From Phoronis australis (lineage: Eukaryota > Animalia > Phoronida), in the NCBI GenBank assembly GCA_002633005.1, contig NMRA01000078.1, positions 319,868-383,867 on the forward strand: DNA of 64,000 bases. The letters run 5' to 3'. Below, piece after piece: positions 28,201 to 40,130 of this stretch. The translations under genes and the position numbers were made by a program. The notes under the pieces are model-generated. The model was not told the origin of the DNA and searched no databases. It saw nothing but the letters and a program-made list of their open reading frames with translations. Numbering within the stretch: position 1 is the stretch's first letter; every line of letters starts with the position of its first letter.

Positions 28201-29182
28201 ACCATGTTCTGTGATTCATGAGTGAAAACAACATCTCCCCATTCACACAAACACAACAAAATTTCTCATTCACTTTTTACACAAGTAACGTTCAGCACTC
28301 TTAAATTTGTATTAGCAGAACTAGAAGCATTTTGCAATGTGCAAAACTTAACCAGTTCTCAACAGTTCTATTGAGTTATCACTGTGTATAACCTGAGCTC
28401 ACAAATCTTAGAACTTCTATAGATGTTTCGGTGGCAATTTTTTGTTTCTGACTTTGCATTTGTGAGAAAAAATGATTCTTCGTGTTTCTGTTTTGTCTTA
28501 GTTGGAACTCAGAGTCAATATTTGTTGTGTTTTCTCTAGTGTCGTTCCCTTGCAAAAAATGCTGTAAATAATCCCAGTTTTTATCCAAACAATTTTTTTC
28601 ATGAAAAAAAATTTGCATTGGGATACAAATTTGCTTGTATTCTTTGAAGTTGCATTGTTTGCACTTTCCAACACGGCCTAAGTATGACTAACAAAACTTG
28701 ATAAGGCACGTTGAACACGCTCAGTTGTTTAGCAACACAAGGTGTAAGATCAACCTCCATTAAATTCAGTCGTGTTTAAATTTCACGGAAAGCTAATAAT
28801 ACTCAACTGTCTGCCATCTTTGTTTGTTTCATTGTTGTTGAGAGATATTTCTACTTATCCCTGTGCATCACCATTACCCTGATGTCATTATATTATAGAT
28901 TTTTTCCTAGCACAGTTGTTAAAACCAGATTTTCACTTGCGGTGGTCAAGTTTTGTTGAAATGAAGAATATATAGTTGTGGCATTATATCAAGATGAAGT
29001 GATGCATGCAATGATGTCAACGATGATGTCATAGCGTAAGTGATATTTTTGAAACAGGCTCCTGGGGGGTTATTGCTTTAGTGTCAATAGGATTGTGGTT
29101 CTGAGAAATTGAATTCCCGTTCGTCATATTTTTTATTCTTAATCAAATTAAGGTGAGAACAAGTGTCTTTGTCAATGTATTC

Positions 29183-29248
29183 ATCTACGGTAGTGTGTAT
29201 AGACCACCAGCCCCTATCTACGGTAGTGTGTATAGACCACCAGCCCCT
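29183..29248. repeat. Perfect 33-bp tandem duplication
   Basis: ATCTACGGTAGTGTGTATAGACCACCAGCCCCT x2. Confidence 0.95.
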
Positions 29249-29649
29249 AATGTAGTGAATTGAAGCACATTATTTTTTCATTTTTGACGCTAGTTAGTGA
29301 GTTTCCGTCGTTCATGTTGGTATTTAATGCGACCATAATAGTAATTATCAGGCACCGTGGTCACAGACAGTGCGTTCATGCGCCATTCTCAAATTCACAA
29401 TTAGAGTTGGCAAGCCCACTCACTAAGTTCTGAAGCATTTTCTGGAGTCTGTTGGTTTTGATGTTGTTGGTGGTAATGGAAGTAGACTTTTATCGCACCT
29501 ACAGTAAGGAATGTTATAAGGTTGATTTGATGCGAGTGTAATTCGAGGTGTAATTCGATTCCATTTTTGTTTTTAAAGGAGCTAAACAGAGGGAAATGCA
29601 GGTTTGACTACGTGTGTGTATTATGTCGACCAATTGTTGTATCTTTCAG

Positions 29650-29841
29650 CTGGTCCAGATCCGTTGTCCCTGAATGCAGATGTCTCTCATGTGAGTCCTG
29701 GAGCATACGCCGCAAGTACCGAGAATGTCCACACGGGGGCGACGGCCATGATGGAGCGGATGACCACTGACCTTACAGCATTGAGGAAACAATACCAGCG
29801 ACTGCGAGAGCGTCAAAAGCAGGCACATATCATTATAGCTA
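29650..29841 (+). CDS. TBC1D30: TBC1D30-like coding exon (coiled-coil segment)
   Basis: ctttcag|CT acceptor (phase 1), GCTA|gtaagt donor (phase 1). Encodes ...VSPGAY...MMERMTTDLTALRKQYQRLRERQKQ, matching recalled TBC1D30 LSPGA...MMERMTTDINALKRQYSRIK. Confidence 0.93.
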
Positions 29842-30414
29842 GTAAGTGATTTAGTAGACTGCATTCCACATGCAAACCAAATGAGCCGTTATTGGACAGA
29901 AAAGTTGTAAATATTTGACAAAAGCTGTGACAAATGACCATTTGGCTTTTGATAACTTGGCTTCATTTTTTCTACTTTTCTTACTCTGTAGTTGTCTCTT
30001 TGTTGAACTATAGTTTCGTTTGCGGATTCGCAAAATGTCTTCGATTTCCACTATATGCTGTTTTGTTGATCTTGGTGAGCCGGTTCGTGGAGGAGCCAGT
30101 CTTCCCACCTGGTGACAACCTCAGGCTATGCAAATTAACTGCATGTATTATGAAAGTTTCTTGGACTTGGACTGTTTGCCGTCAATATTTAAAGCCATTA
30201 TGAACAATGTTAACGTTTGCTTTCTTCTGATGTTAGTAAGCAATTTCATCTCATTGTTTTACTTTGTTGGAACTGAAGTTTGTTTTAATAAATCACCCCA
30301 CTCCCCTGCTCATCCTGAGTTGGTGACTAAAACTCTTTCTGATTGGTTGTTTAACAAACCTGGTCTGAAAGTGATTGGCCTCTTATGTAGCTGCACACCT
30401 ATGTATAAGGGGCG

Positions 30415-30915
30415 GAAAGGGCAAAAATCGTGAAAAAAAGAAAATCAACTCTGTTTTGTAAATTCAACTCTATTTGATAAATTTAATCCTATTTAAGATA
30501 TAACTAAATCCTGTTTTTGTTAATTCAATTCTATTTAATTGATTCAACCCAATTTGAAATAAAAATCAAACCTGTTTAATAATTTATCTTAGTTCGAAAA
30601 TTCAATTCAAAATCCACCAACAGGATTGACGAAACAGACTCGATTTAATAAAACACGATCAATTTTTGTAACTGTGTAAGTTATGTGAATTGGCGACATG
30701 GTTGACAAAACAGGGTTGATTATATAAAGCACACTCGATTCTTCGGGTTGGCTTCTTAACAGGGCTGTTTTACAAAACAGGAATGATTTTTTAAGTAATA
30801 TTAAACTTACAAAATAGGATTTGATTATATTTTGAACAGTCAAGATTGAATTTATAAAATAAGAGTTGAATTTACAAAACAGGGTTGGTATTTTTTTCAT
30901 AATTTTCGCCCTTTC
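30415..30915. mobile_element. AT-rich foldback MITE with long imperfect TIRs
   Basis: GAAAGGGCAAAAAT...CTGTTTTGTAAATTCAACTCT is mirrored by AGAGTTGAATTTACAAAACAG...ATTTTCGCCCTTTC, with short internal subrepeats. Confidence 0.75.
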
Positions 30916-30948
30916 AGTCTCTCATAGCAATGCAGTTGTGCAAGAACA

Positions 30949-31449
30949 CATTGTATACTAGCTGTGGCTTCAGCACTGATTCATTGTATACTAGCTGTGG
31001 CTTCAGTACTGAGTCATTGTATACTAGCTGTGACTTCAGCACTGATTCAGTGTATATTAGCTGTGGCTTCAGCACTGATTCATTGTATACTAGCTGTGGC
31101 TTCAGCACTGATTCATTGTATATTAGCTGTGGCTTCAGCACTGATTCATTGTATATTAGCTGTGGCTTCAGCACTGATTCATTGTATACTAGCTGTGACT
31201 TCAGCACTGATTCATTGTATACTAGCTGTGGCTTCAGCACTGATTCATTGTATACCAGCCGTGGCTTCAGCACTGATTCATTGTATATTAGCTGTGGCTT
31301 CAGCACTGATTCATTGTATACTAGCTGTGGCTTCAGCACTGATTCATTGTAATCTAGCTGTGGCTTCAACACTGTTTCATTGTATTCTAGCTGTGGCTTC
31401 AGAACTGATTCATTGTATACCAGCTGTGACTTCAGCACTGATTCATTGT
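30949..31449. repeat. 33-bp minisatellite (CATTGTATACTAGCTGTGGCTTCAGCACTGATT), about 15 copies
   Basis: Units read directly. Explains the 11-aa-periodic ORFs on both strands. Confidence 0.97.
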
Positions 31450-32087
31450 GGTTATTATGCTGGAAGAGTGGACATTGTAGATCTGCTTCTGACTTGGGGC
31501 GTCACAAGGCAAACAATACTGTGCAGCCTTGTGAAGCCTTGGAACCTACAAGCCAATGTTCATGTCGCAGCAAAGTGCTTTAAAATCCTTGTTCAATTCT
31601 TTTCTCCGTGGTGAATTATCCATAAAATCTCACCGATTTTGAACAAAATATTGCCGAAATAAAGTGTTTTTTTTTTATGTTACCGTGAATGTCTCAAAAC
31701 ATTCTCCAATGGTAGTTTTTGTGAATAACTTAAGAGTAACATAGCCTTCATTCTGCGGTGCTTGTCCTTTTTGAAAGAAACAATTGAAACATATTTCAAT
31801 TGTCTACCCTACATGTCTTAAACTGGTGATATTTTACAGCAGTCTGAAATTTCACATGTGCTTGCTGGGTATGAAAACCACTGAGTAACCACATTTTTAT
31901 TCTTTGTAGACAAGGTCAGTGGGGGGTTGTGTTCATTCTGTGACATACTGTCCAGAAGTTTCCGTGTCCCATATTCTAGACTCCATACAAAAGTGGAGAA
32001 TTTTTACCGTAAGCGTGTTTAACTATACTGCAACTGTTCCTAACATATGCCCACAACTATTGCTGCCATGTTTTGTGTTCATTTCAG

Positions 32088-33229
32088 ATGCCAACGCTCG
32101 TCATCAGTCCCAACATGGCAGTGTTTCTGTTGCTTTGCCTAAGATGGAGCTACCTGTTGTTGTCAATCATCTGTTTATGGGAAAACAGGGCATGGGTCAT
32201 CGCAATAAGAAGGTCACCGTTGGGCCACGCATAGCCACAGTGACGCCATCTGTTGAGCCGAAACAGTTTATCCGTAGCCGGCACAGTTCGGTGTCTAGTC
32301 AGAGAAGTGTCGAGATGAACAATAGTAACGGCAACCGTGAAACTTTAGAGACTCGGTTGGAACATATCCATGTCCAGAGTGAGGATGGAGACAGCGAAGA
32401 ACGCTGTAGTACGGTGTCACCACCTAGTGACAGAAAAAGTTCTATCGATAGTTCTGATAGTAATCCTGAAGTAAATGGGGATGTTAATGTGAACAATGTT
32501 GACACAGTTGTGAATGGTGCTGAGGAGATGTCGGTGGCGTGCAGTGATGACATTGGTGCTGGTGATACCTCTGGCGAGGTTTGGGCACCACTCAACACCA
32601 TTGATGAAGGCAAGACGCCCAAAGCAGAGACGGTGCGGGATGACGAGTCACCAGCGCTGTCTGGTAATGAGATAGACAATGTAGACACAGCTGGTGAAGT
32701 ATGGACACCGCTAAACACTGTGGAGGAGAGGAGACCGTCAGTTTGTGTCGAGGACACGAGCAGTGAGTGTAACAATAATTTGAAGACTCGTAGTAACTCT
32801 GAACCAGCTCAGCTAGAAGGAGACAGCGCTCCCACCTCACATGTACGTCCCAATGTACTAGCGGTGTCACCACGGCGAGCCAGTCACACAGGGCTGTCGC
32901 CTACACATCATATGGACTCGAGAATGGCCGAATATGTGACCAAACTAACATATAAAGCTCACAAGAAAACCTTTAAAGACCGGGACGATGCTAGTGGCGG
33001 CCTTTCGCCGCCGCCGTCTTCTCCTATAAAAAGCCCCACGTCTCCTAAGTATTTTAATCCATTTCCAAAGAGTCACGTCAGTGAATCGCGTGCCAGAAAT
33101 GGCATCCGTCTAGGACTATACAAGCCTTTACAGGAGACCAAGACACCTGTGAAAGGAAATCACAGATCTCTCATCAACAGTATACAGAGACAAGCTGAGG
33201 TGAAGGGTAACAAAGGGTCCAAGTGGTAA
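32088..33229 (+). CDS. TBC1D30: TBC1D30-like terminal coding exon (long disordered tail)
   Basis: atttcag|AT acceptor (phase 1) to TAA at 33227-33229. Contains PVVVNHLFMGK and YFNPFP...RLGLY, matching recalled TBC1D30 PVINHLLLGK and IFSPFP...NLGLY. Confidence 0.92.
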
Positions 33230-35133
33230 CTCAATATACTCATAGTCAAGCAATAGTGTATAGGTTAATGTCTTCCCAGCGGGTGGTTAAAGGGACGTGT
33301 AATGATACGCTTGTGTTGTTCACCGCAGTTCGGGGCCTGCTTTATCAAGGGTAGTAAATCCGGGCTTGGCCAAGACGGTTGTGACTTTGATTTTAATTTC
33401 CACATAGTTCATGAATATGCCTCGTGAAGACTGTCGTTAAGTCTGAATATAAAAACTATCAACTTACTGTCATTTGCAAATTTTTCTTTTGTAGTGTGTA
33501 TTCGCAATAATGTGCTTATGACTGTCTTAGCTTCAATTGGATGTACGACCTCTGATAACGTGGATCCCAGTGCCCGGTTGCGTGAAACAGTCCCAAATAG
33601 GGACTCTACCAAGTTCCCTAAATCTTTTGCCTATCTGTGTCTTTGTTTACTCACAGATGTAATATTTTTCTATCGTTTCATCTTTATTATGAGCTCCTCA
33701 TTGACTAATGATATTTTCTAATGATATAACTAAAAACTGAGTCCTGAATTTAATGAAAATAATTAGGGACTTGGTTCTTAAGTTAGGGGCGCTGCATGAA
33801 AAGATCCCTATATAGTTTCGATATTATGGAGAATTCAATGTCGAGTTCACACTCGATTAGTATCAAAGCCAAAAGTTGACTTGATAATGAAACTAAAATG
33901 GCATAAGGAAAGACGATCAGTGTTTTCATAACCTCACAAATACGCAGTATGTTTAGGGAACTTAGCCGAGACCCTTTTTGGAACTGTTTTATGCAAGCGG
34001 GCACACAGCAGTACTACTGCAGTACATGTAAACTGTAATCTGACAAAGAACATTTTACCGCAATGATGGCTAATTCTGCCTGCGCCTATTTTGACTAGCT
34101 ATACCTAGTCATTTTGGCAAAATCCAAATCGTAGGATTGTTTTTCCGTCTTCTTATTTTTCCCGTTTATTCCCTTTAATTAGGACGAGTACATCGCGCTC
34201 AGTCATTATGACTGGACATTCCATGTCATTTTAATTTTTTTGAAATTGAAAATGATCTATAAGTAATTAAAATTACCTTTGGCTTGTCCTGTAGATCAGT
34301 TACTGTTCATTTAAGTCTTCCAGGACTTCTGGACGAGTTTTTGTTAAAGACAAGATTCAGTTGTTAAGTAGAAATGGAAGCCATGAATTTCATGGGGCTT
34401 GTAATTGAAACTGCTATGCCTGGGTGGTGGTTGCATTTCTGATCTGTTTTTGCTTGTTTGTGTTAGATCTTGAGAAAGGAGTCGATTCTCATGTAGTTTC
34501 ATTGATCTGTTTCACTACACTGTATAGACTAAGAGTTCATGGAGAGGACACATATGTACGATGTTGCTATATTGAGGCTTCCATGCCACCTGTCATGGCC
34601 GACAAAATGGCCGACAAACACTGCTGCCAGTCTGTCCTGCATATGGATATTTCTGTCAACATTTCACTTTATCATCATGCTTACTGTATGTGATAATATG
34701 TGGTAAGAGACCAATCTATTTACCTATCACACATTCTATTGATTTTTATTCGAGACATTCCACCTGTCACTAGCCTTCTGTTCAAGCCTAGAGCAGTTTT
34801 GATACACGTATGTTGGTGACGTCAGTTAGCGAGTGCTTCAGTCATGCTTGACAGTTGAAATAACGGCGTGGTATGCTCGTAACATTAGTTATTAATCTAG
34901 CAGCACCTGCTCACTCATTTACAATATAGCTCCAGGTATACCTTGGTTTTATGTAAAACTTGTGCAAGTGAAAACCGAACGTGACCAAATTACAATCTCT
35001 ATGCTTTATTTCTTTAGTTTTAGTTTGTGTCAAAGTCGTTACGGTGCCTGAGTGTATTTATTTTGTTGTACATTCCTCATGTTTGATTTAAAAATGATTT
35101 TATTGTTTGTTTTTTCTTGCATTTCAACCAAGA

Positions 35134-35139
35134 AATAAA
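35134..35139 (+). promoter_or_regulatory. Candidate polyadenylation signal of the TBC1D30-like gene
   Basis: AATAAA after a T-rich stretch about 1.9 kb downstream of the stop codon. Confidence 0.5.
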
Positions 35140-36557
35140 ATCCATCTCAATGAATAGTCTGTGTATTCCAAGCAGCCCGTACAGTACAGTGTATACACTG
35201 GCCTTAATATAAGATGACAAACATCACACTTAGGTGAGATAATAGGAAATAACTAGGTTAACCACCAGTCGATTCCCACAGCATAGTCATGTTCACGTAG
35301 CACCAGCAGGTGGAAATGTTTAAGAAATCCTGGCATTACTGAATGACCTGTTTACACATAGTGAGTGACTTACTCAGGGGATGGGGTGGGGTGGGGTGGA
35401 AACCAACTCTTGCTTTCACCACACAGTGCAGAAACTTGCAACACATAGTAAACTTTACCACAGAGCCTGAAGTCACTTTTACCACAGACAATTTTAAGTG
35501 CACGAGGAGTAAGTTAATTCCATTTTTTGTCACTTTCAGTAAAAATTGTCTGTGGTAAGAGTGTCTCGAGTTTGGTTAGACTTCAGGTTGCGTGGCAAAG
35601 GCTTTTTGGGGTGTAGTAAGAGTTTCAGCTTTGTGGACTTGCATAATACAGTTCACGGTATGCGCCAGAGGTAAGATTTAATTTCCACCCTGAATTATTG
35701 CTTTATATCTGAAAACCAGTACAGTTAAACCATGGTACTGTGAGCGTAGTATGGCAGATTCCGGCAAATTCCTTTCTACAAGTTTCAAGCAAAGTATTCA
35801 AGTTGACTTGGCTACAACGAACTTTGATGACAGAGAATGTTTAAGGAAAGTCGCAGTAAGGTTCATCGTAATGTGGTTGGACTGCACTGAAAAGAAATGA
35901 GGCAACTATTTTTTCAGAAATGTGCGCATGTTTTCCATAAGAACAACCCTCACCCCTGCATGTGCACCCTAGCACTAATTTGGGACGCTTTCTAAAACAC
36001 CGACTGAATAATACTTGATAAGAGAAATTCAGAAACGAGGAATTTCAGAAAAAAGCACAGAAATCAAGTATAATTGGTGTTACATTAAAATCAAGTTTAA
36101 GTAAAGATATAAGCAACACATATGCTAGAGGTCACAACTCAAGGTCATAAGGTCAACAAATGTCACTGCAATATCTTTTCAGACTAGCATGCAGTGCTTA
36201 GCGACAGCACCAAATATCATGAGCGTGAAAATTGCTCAGGAGAGCAACAAGTAATTAAGCCAATGATAATCAGTCAGTTGAACTAAATGATGACAAGTCG
36301 TACAATGTTGATGAACAGTATGAACATAGCTTCAAAACAATTGGTTGATGAACCTGGCTAAGTCGTAGCGCATGTGAACTGGGCAATACCACAACGCAAA
36401 TCCAGTTTTGTGAGTTCTCAGACACTTCACTCGATTGTATTTCTTGACACGAATGGGTCTTGACATTTGATATTTAATCTGTCGGGACATCAAGCGGGTG
36501 TTTAAAATGCGAACTGGGTTGAGAATAACAATCGCGACAGATAAATAATTCGTAAGG

Positions 36558-36653
36558 TCATGAAACGTCTCCGAGATCCATTTGACCAAAGTATCTGGCA
36601 ACTAAGCATATGAAAAGATTAAGTGCTGGTAGAATCTCATCTTCTTCAGAATC
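36558..36653 (-). CDS. GEMIN2: GEMIN2 coding exon 8 (last)
   Basis: tttccag|GAT acceptor. Encodes [31 protein letters not shown], matching the Gemin2 C-terminus (PALNLLICLVSRYFDQRDL). Confidence 0.95.
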   Translation of the reverse strand, partial: DSEEDEILPALNLFICLVARYFGQMDLGDVS

Positions 36654-37092
36654 CTGGAAAAATAGAGGAAAATAACAATGCGAAAACATAAAAACAAAAA
36701 GCATGCATGGGTATTGAACACTACATTCACTTGAGGTAAAGAGCCAGTCACCACAAGGTAGAGATGACGTACCCTGTTTCAGTTCTCAAACTACAGGCCA
36801 CATATTGGGTCTTGTACAACATTAGGAGAGTAACAATCTATACAACTCGCATCTGGGAGAGGTTCTTGACCCAAATCCAAATGGGGACGCACCCTGCTTT
36901 AAATCTGGAACAGCCTTGTGGGAAGCGGTGAATTTTGCTGAATAAGCTAACCGCTATAAATAAAAATTTCAATTAATCGTGTCAGTGGCACAATTACAGC
37001 TGTACGACTCATTAATAACACCAGCTGCTTGACAAACGGTGGTCGCCTCAACAGACTGCCTGCTGCAAGTATCGCTTTGTTATATTGTGAAT

Positions 37093-37190
37093 GGCAGTGT
37101 GGTCTAGTGGTAGAGCATTGCTTCCCAATCAAAATGATCGTGGGTTCAAATCCCACCGCTAGACCCTTGAGCCAGGTCTTTTAACTCCTA
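37093..37190 (+). mobile_element. tRNA-derived SINE head / tRNA pseudogene (second copy at 38393)
   Basis: A box TGGTCTAGTGG, B box GGTTCAAATCC inside a perfect GTGGG/CCCAC T-arm. Acceptor and anticodon stems are broken. Followed by CCCTTGAGCCAGG. Confidence 0.7.
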
Positions 37191-39556
37191 AGCTCATTTT
37201 TAATGTGTATGTCCTATGACGATAATAGTCACCAGCCAATGATTCGTGTTTACTGTCTCTGAAAATTGACAAATATTTTTTTAAAAAATGCTGGCATAGC
37301 CCTGGTCGTCACTTTCTTCGCAATCTCCATAGAATTCTTTCAAACAGTTGGTATGCACTGATTACGGGAAGTGCTTAGGGGTCACAGCTTGCCAACTTGG
37401 AAAGCTAAGATACCAGACACACCAGTTCACTGCAACTGTTGTCCTGAGACCCTCATTATGGGAACTGGGTCAGCGGATAAAAAGAACTCCACTTTTATAC
37501 CCTATTGAGGATTTACAAACAAATGTGTACTAATACCCAAACAAAAGAATACAGTCATAAAAGTTCAGGCACTGTGGTAATTGACTATTGTAACGCCAGC
37601 TTGTAAGAATCATTCATAGTTGACGGTTGGCAAGTGAGATGTAGCACCGAATGTCCTCAGCTGCCTGAACAGCGCTACTACCTAAAATGTTTTGATTAAG
37701 AATGTGCTCTGGGCTTACGGTTATGCAGGACCCTAGAAAAACGACCAAATTTGGCTAACTCCAGAACGACATATTTCAAAGATTCACGAAACCTTCAGAT
37801 ACCAAGCTCAATGCACTGTTCTCGAAAACACTAATGAGGAAATACTTTTAAAATGTTCCACTTTTCCATGAGGGACTATTGCGTAGTTTTTGATTTTTAA
37901 GAAAAAATCTCAAAACTTGCATCAAATGAAATGACAATGTAGAAACTGTAGAAGCATTTTAAAGATTTTTCATCTTGAGGATTTACGTCAAGATATCTGA
38001 TCGTGTCATTGTTACCATTGTTTTACTATCAACGGACTTTTCTTTTTGGCTAAAAAAGACACGCTGTCTACCCTCGAGAAAATACACCCTTAATTTATGG
38101 ACAAAAAATCTGTAGTTTTGTACATATTTTGTTAAACACACATACTTGTATGTAAAGCTCCACACACCCTTAACAAGGCATCTACCGGTTACGGAGGTAT
38201 TACTGACTTACCAAGGCCGCTCTAACACAGCAACAACTGCGAGCCAACCTCCTGAGNNNNNNNNNNNNNNNNNNNNNNNNNNNNNNNNNNNNNNNNNNNN
38301 NNNNNNNNNNNNNNNNNNNNNNNNNNNNNNNNNNNNNNNNNNNNNNNNNNNNNNNNNNNNNNNNNNNNNNNNNNNNNNNNNNNNNNNNNNNNGGCAGTGT
38401 GGTCTAGTGGTAGAGCATTGCTTCCCAATCAAAATGATCGTGGGTTCAAATCCCACCGCTAGACCCTTGAGCCAGGTCTTTTAACTCCTAAGCTCATTTT
38501 TAATGTGTATGTCCTATGACGATAATAGTCACCAGCCAATGATTCGTGTTTACTGTCTCTGAAAATTGACAAATATTTTTTTAAAAAATGCTGGCATAGC
38601 CCTGGTCGTCACTTTCTTCGCAATCTCCGTAGAATTCTTACAAACAGTTGGTAAGCACTGATGACGGGAGGTGCTTAGGGGTCACAGCATGCCAACTTGG
38701 AAAGCTAAGATGCCAGACACACCGGTTCACTGCAACTGTTGTCCTGAGACCCTCATTATGGGAACTGGGTCAGCGGATAAAAAGAACTCCACTTTTATAC
38801 CCAAATGAGGATTTACAAACAAATGTGTACTAATACCCAAACAAAAGAATACAGTCATAAAAGTTCAGGCACTGTGGTAATTGACTATTGTAACGCCAGC
38901 TTGTAAGAATCATTCATAGTTGCCGGTTGGCAAGTGAGATGTAGCACCGAATGTCCTCAGCTGTCTGAACAGCGCTACTACCTAAAATGTTTTGATTAAG
39001 AATGTGCTCTGGGCTTACGGTTATGCAGGACCCAAGAAAAACGACCAAATTTGGCTAACTCCAGAACGACATATTTCAAAGATTCACGAAACCTTCAGAT
39101 ACCAAGCTCAGTGCACTGTTCATGAAAACACTAAAGAGGAAATGCTTTTACAATGTTCCACTTTTCCATGAGGGACTATCGCGTAATTTGATGTCTATGA
39201 TTTTTAAAAGAAATCTCGAAACTTGCACCAAATGAAATGATAATGTAGAAAACTGTAGAAGCATTTTAAAGATTGTTCGTCGTGAGGATTTACGTTAAGA
39301 TATCTGATCGTGTCGTTGTTACCATTGTTTTACTATCACCAGACTTTTCTTTTTCGCTAAAAAAGACACGCTGTCTACTCTCGGGAAAGCATACCCTTAA
39401 TTTATGGACAAAAAATCTGTACTTTGTTTTGTTTAATACGCATACTTGTATGTAAAGCTCCACACACCCTTAACAAGGCATCTACCGGTTACGGAGGTAT
39501 TAATGACTTACCAAGGCCGCTCTAACACAGCAACAACTGCGAGCCAACCTCCTGAG
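37093..39556. repeat. 1164-bp near-identical direct duplication (37093..38256 and 38393..39556) flanking a 136-N gap (38257..38392)
   Basis: Copies are offset by 1300 bp with scattered SNPs and indels. Copy 1 ends and copy 2 starts exactly at the gap edges. Includes a partial copy of GEMIN2 exon 7 (38212..38256). Confidence 0.95.
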
Positions 39557-39622
39557 CAATGAGCAGGCTTCTGGGGTGAGAGGCTTCTCTAAGCAACACA
39601 GTAGAGCGTAGAACCATCGTCC
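39512..39622 (-). CDS. GEMIN2: GEMIN2 coding exon 7
   Basis: cttcag|GGA acceptor, TTG|gtaagt donor. Encodes [37 protein letters not shown] (Gemin2 GRWLYALLACLEKPL.PEA.SLIRQLARRC). Confidence 0.97.
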
Positions 39623-40061
39623 CTGAAGATACAAAACAGCATGGATAAACACGGTGGGCGAAGGCCGTTTGCTGTTCATGCAGCTGGACATGTTTGCTGT
39701 CGTTATGACCACACGAGACATGAAATAGATTGTACAGGGTGGTCAGTTTCATTACTAAAATGTCATACGATTATATAGTGTTGATAAAAATGTTATGAAC
39801 AATAATTTATATCAAAAAACAGTAATTTATTAAACAAATTTACTTCATTGCTAGACTTTCAAAGGTTGACATAAAATGGTCTCTACAAAGGAGGACATCT
39901 ATTAGTGACCACAGGAACTAACAAATAAGAAAACAACATGCAGAAAATATACTGAAAAGTGACCAAGGAATAACTGATAACTTAGTTTCAGCTACCGCTA
40001 ACAGGTGTCACCTTCGAACACAAGAAGTGTAGACAATGGCAGGCAACTAGCCACACCTCAC

Positions 40062-40130
40062 CTGCTGTTGTGAGAAGCCATGTTTGTCAAACCAGTCAAT
40101 GTGGTGCTCTAACACTCGGTTGACTGTAAC
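40062..40130 (-). CDS. GEMIN2: GEMIN2 coding exon 6
   Basis: ccacag|GTT acceptor, CAG|gtgagg donor. Encodes VTVNRVLEHHIDWFDKHGFSQQQ (Gemin2 TVTSVLEYLSNWF). Confidence 0.92.

Noticed and set aside
30914-31614. Three long 11-aa-periodic ORFs on both strands
   Set aside because: They are produced by the 33-bp intronic minisatellite, and the flanking TBC1D30 exons already join in phase without it.
31919-32087. N-terminal part of the 436-aa ORF as a single-exon gene
   Set aside because: This is intronic read-through upstream of the acceptor at 32086-32087; the coding part is the last TBC1D30 exon.
32299-32873. Antisense ORFs of 158 and 93 aa
   Set aside because: They are shadows of the TBC1D30 terminal exon.
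37093-37165. Functional tRNA gene
   Set aside because: Only the T-arm and part of the D-arm pair; the acceptor and anticodon stems are broken.
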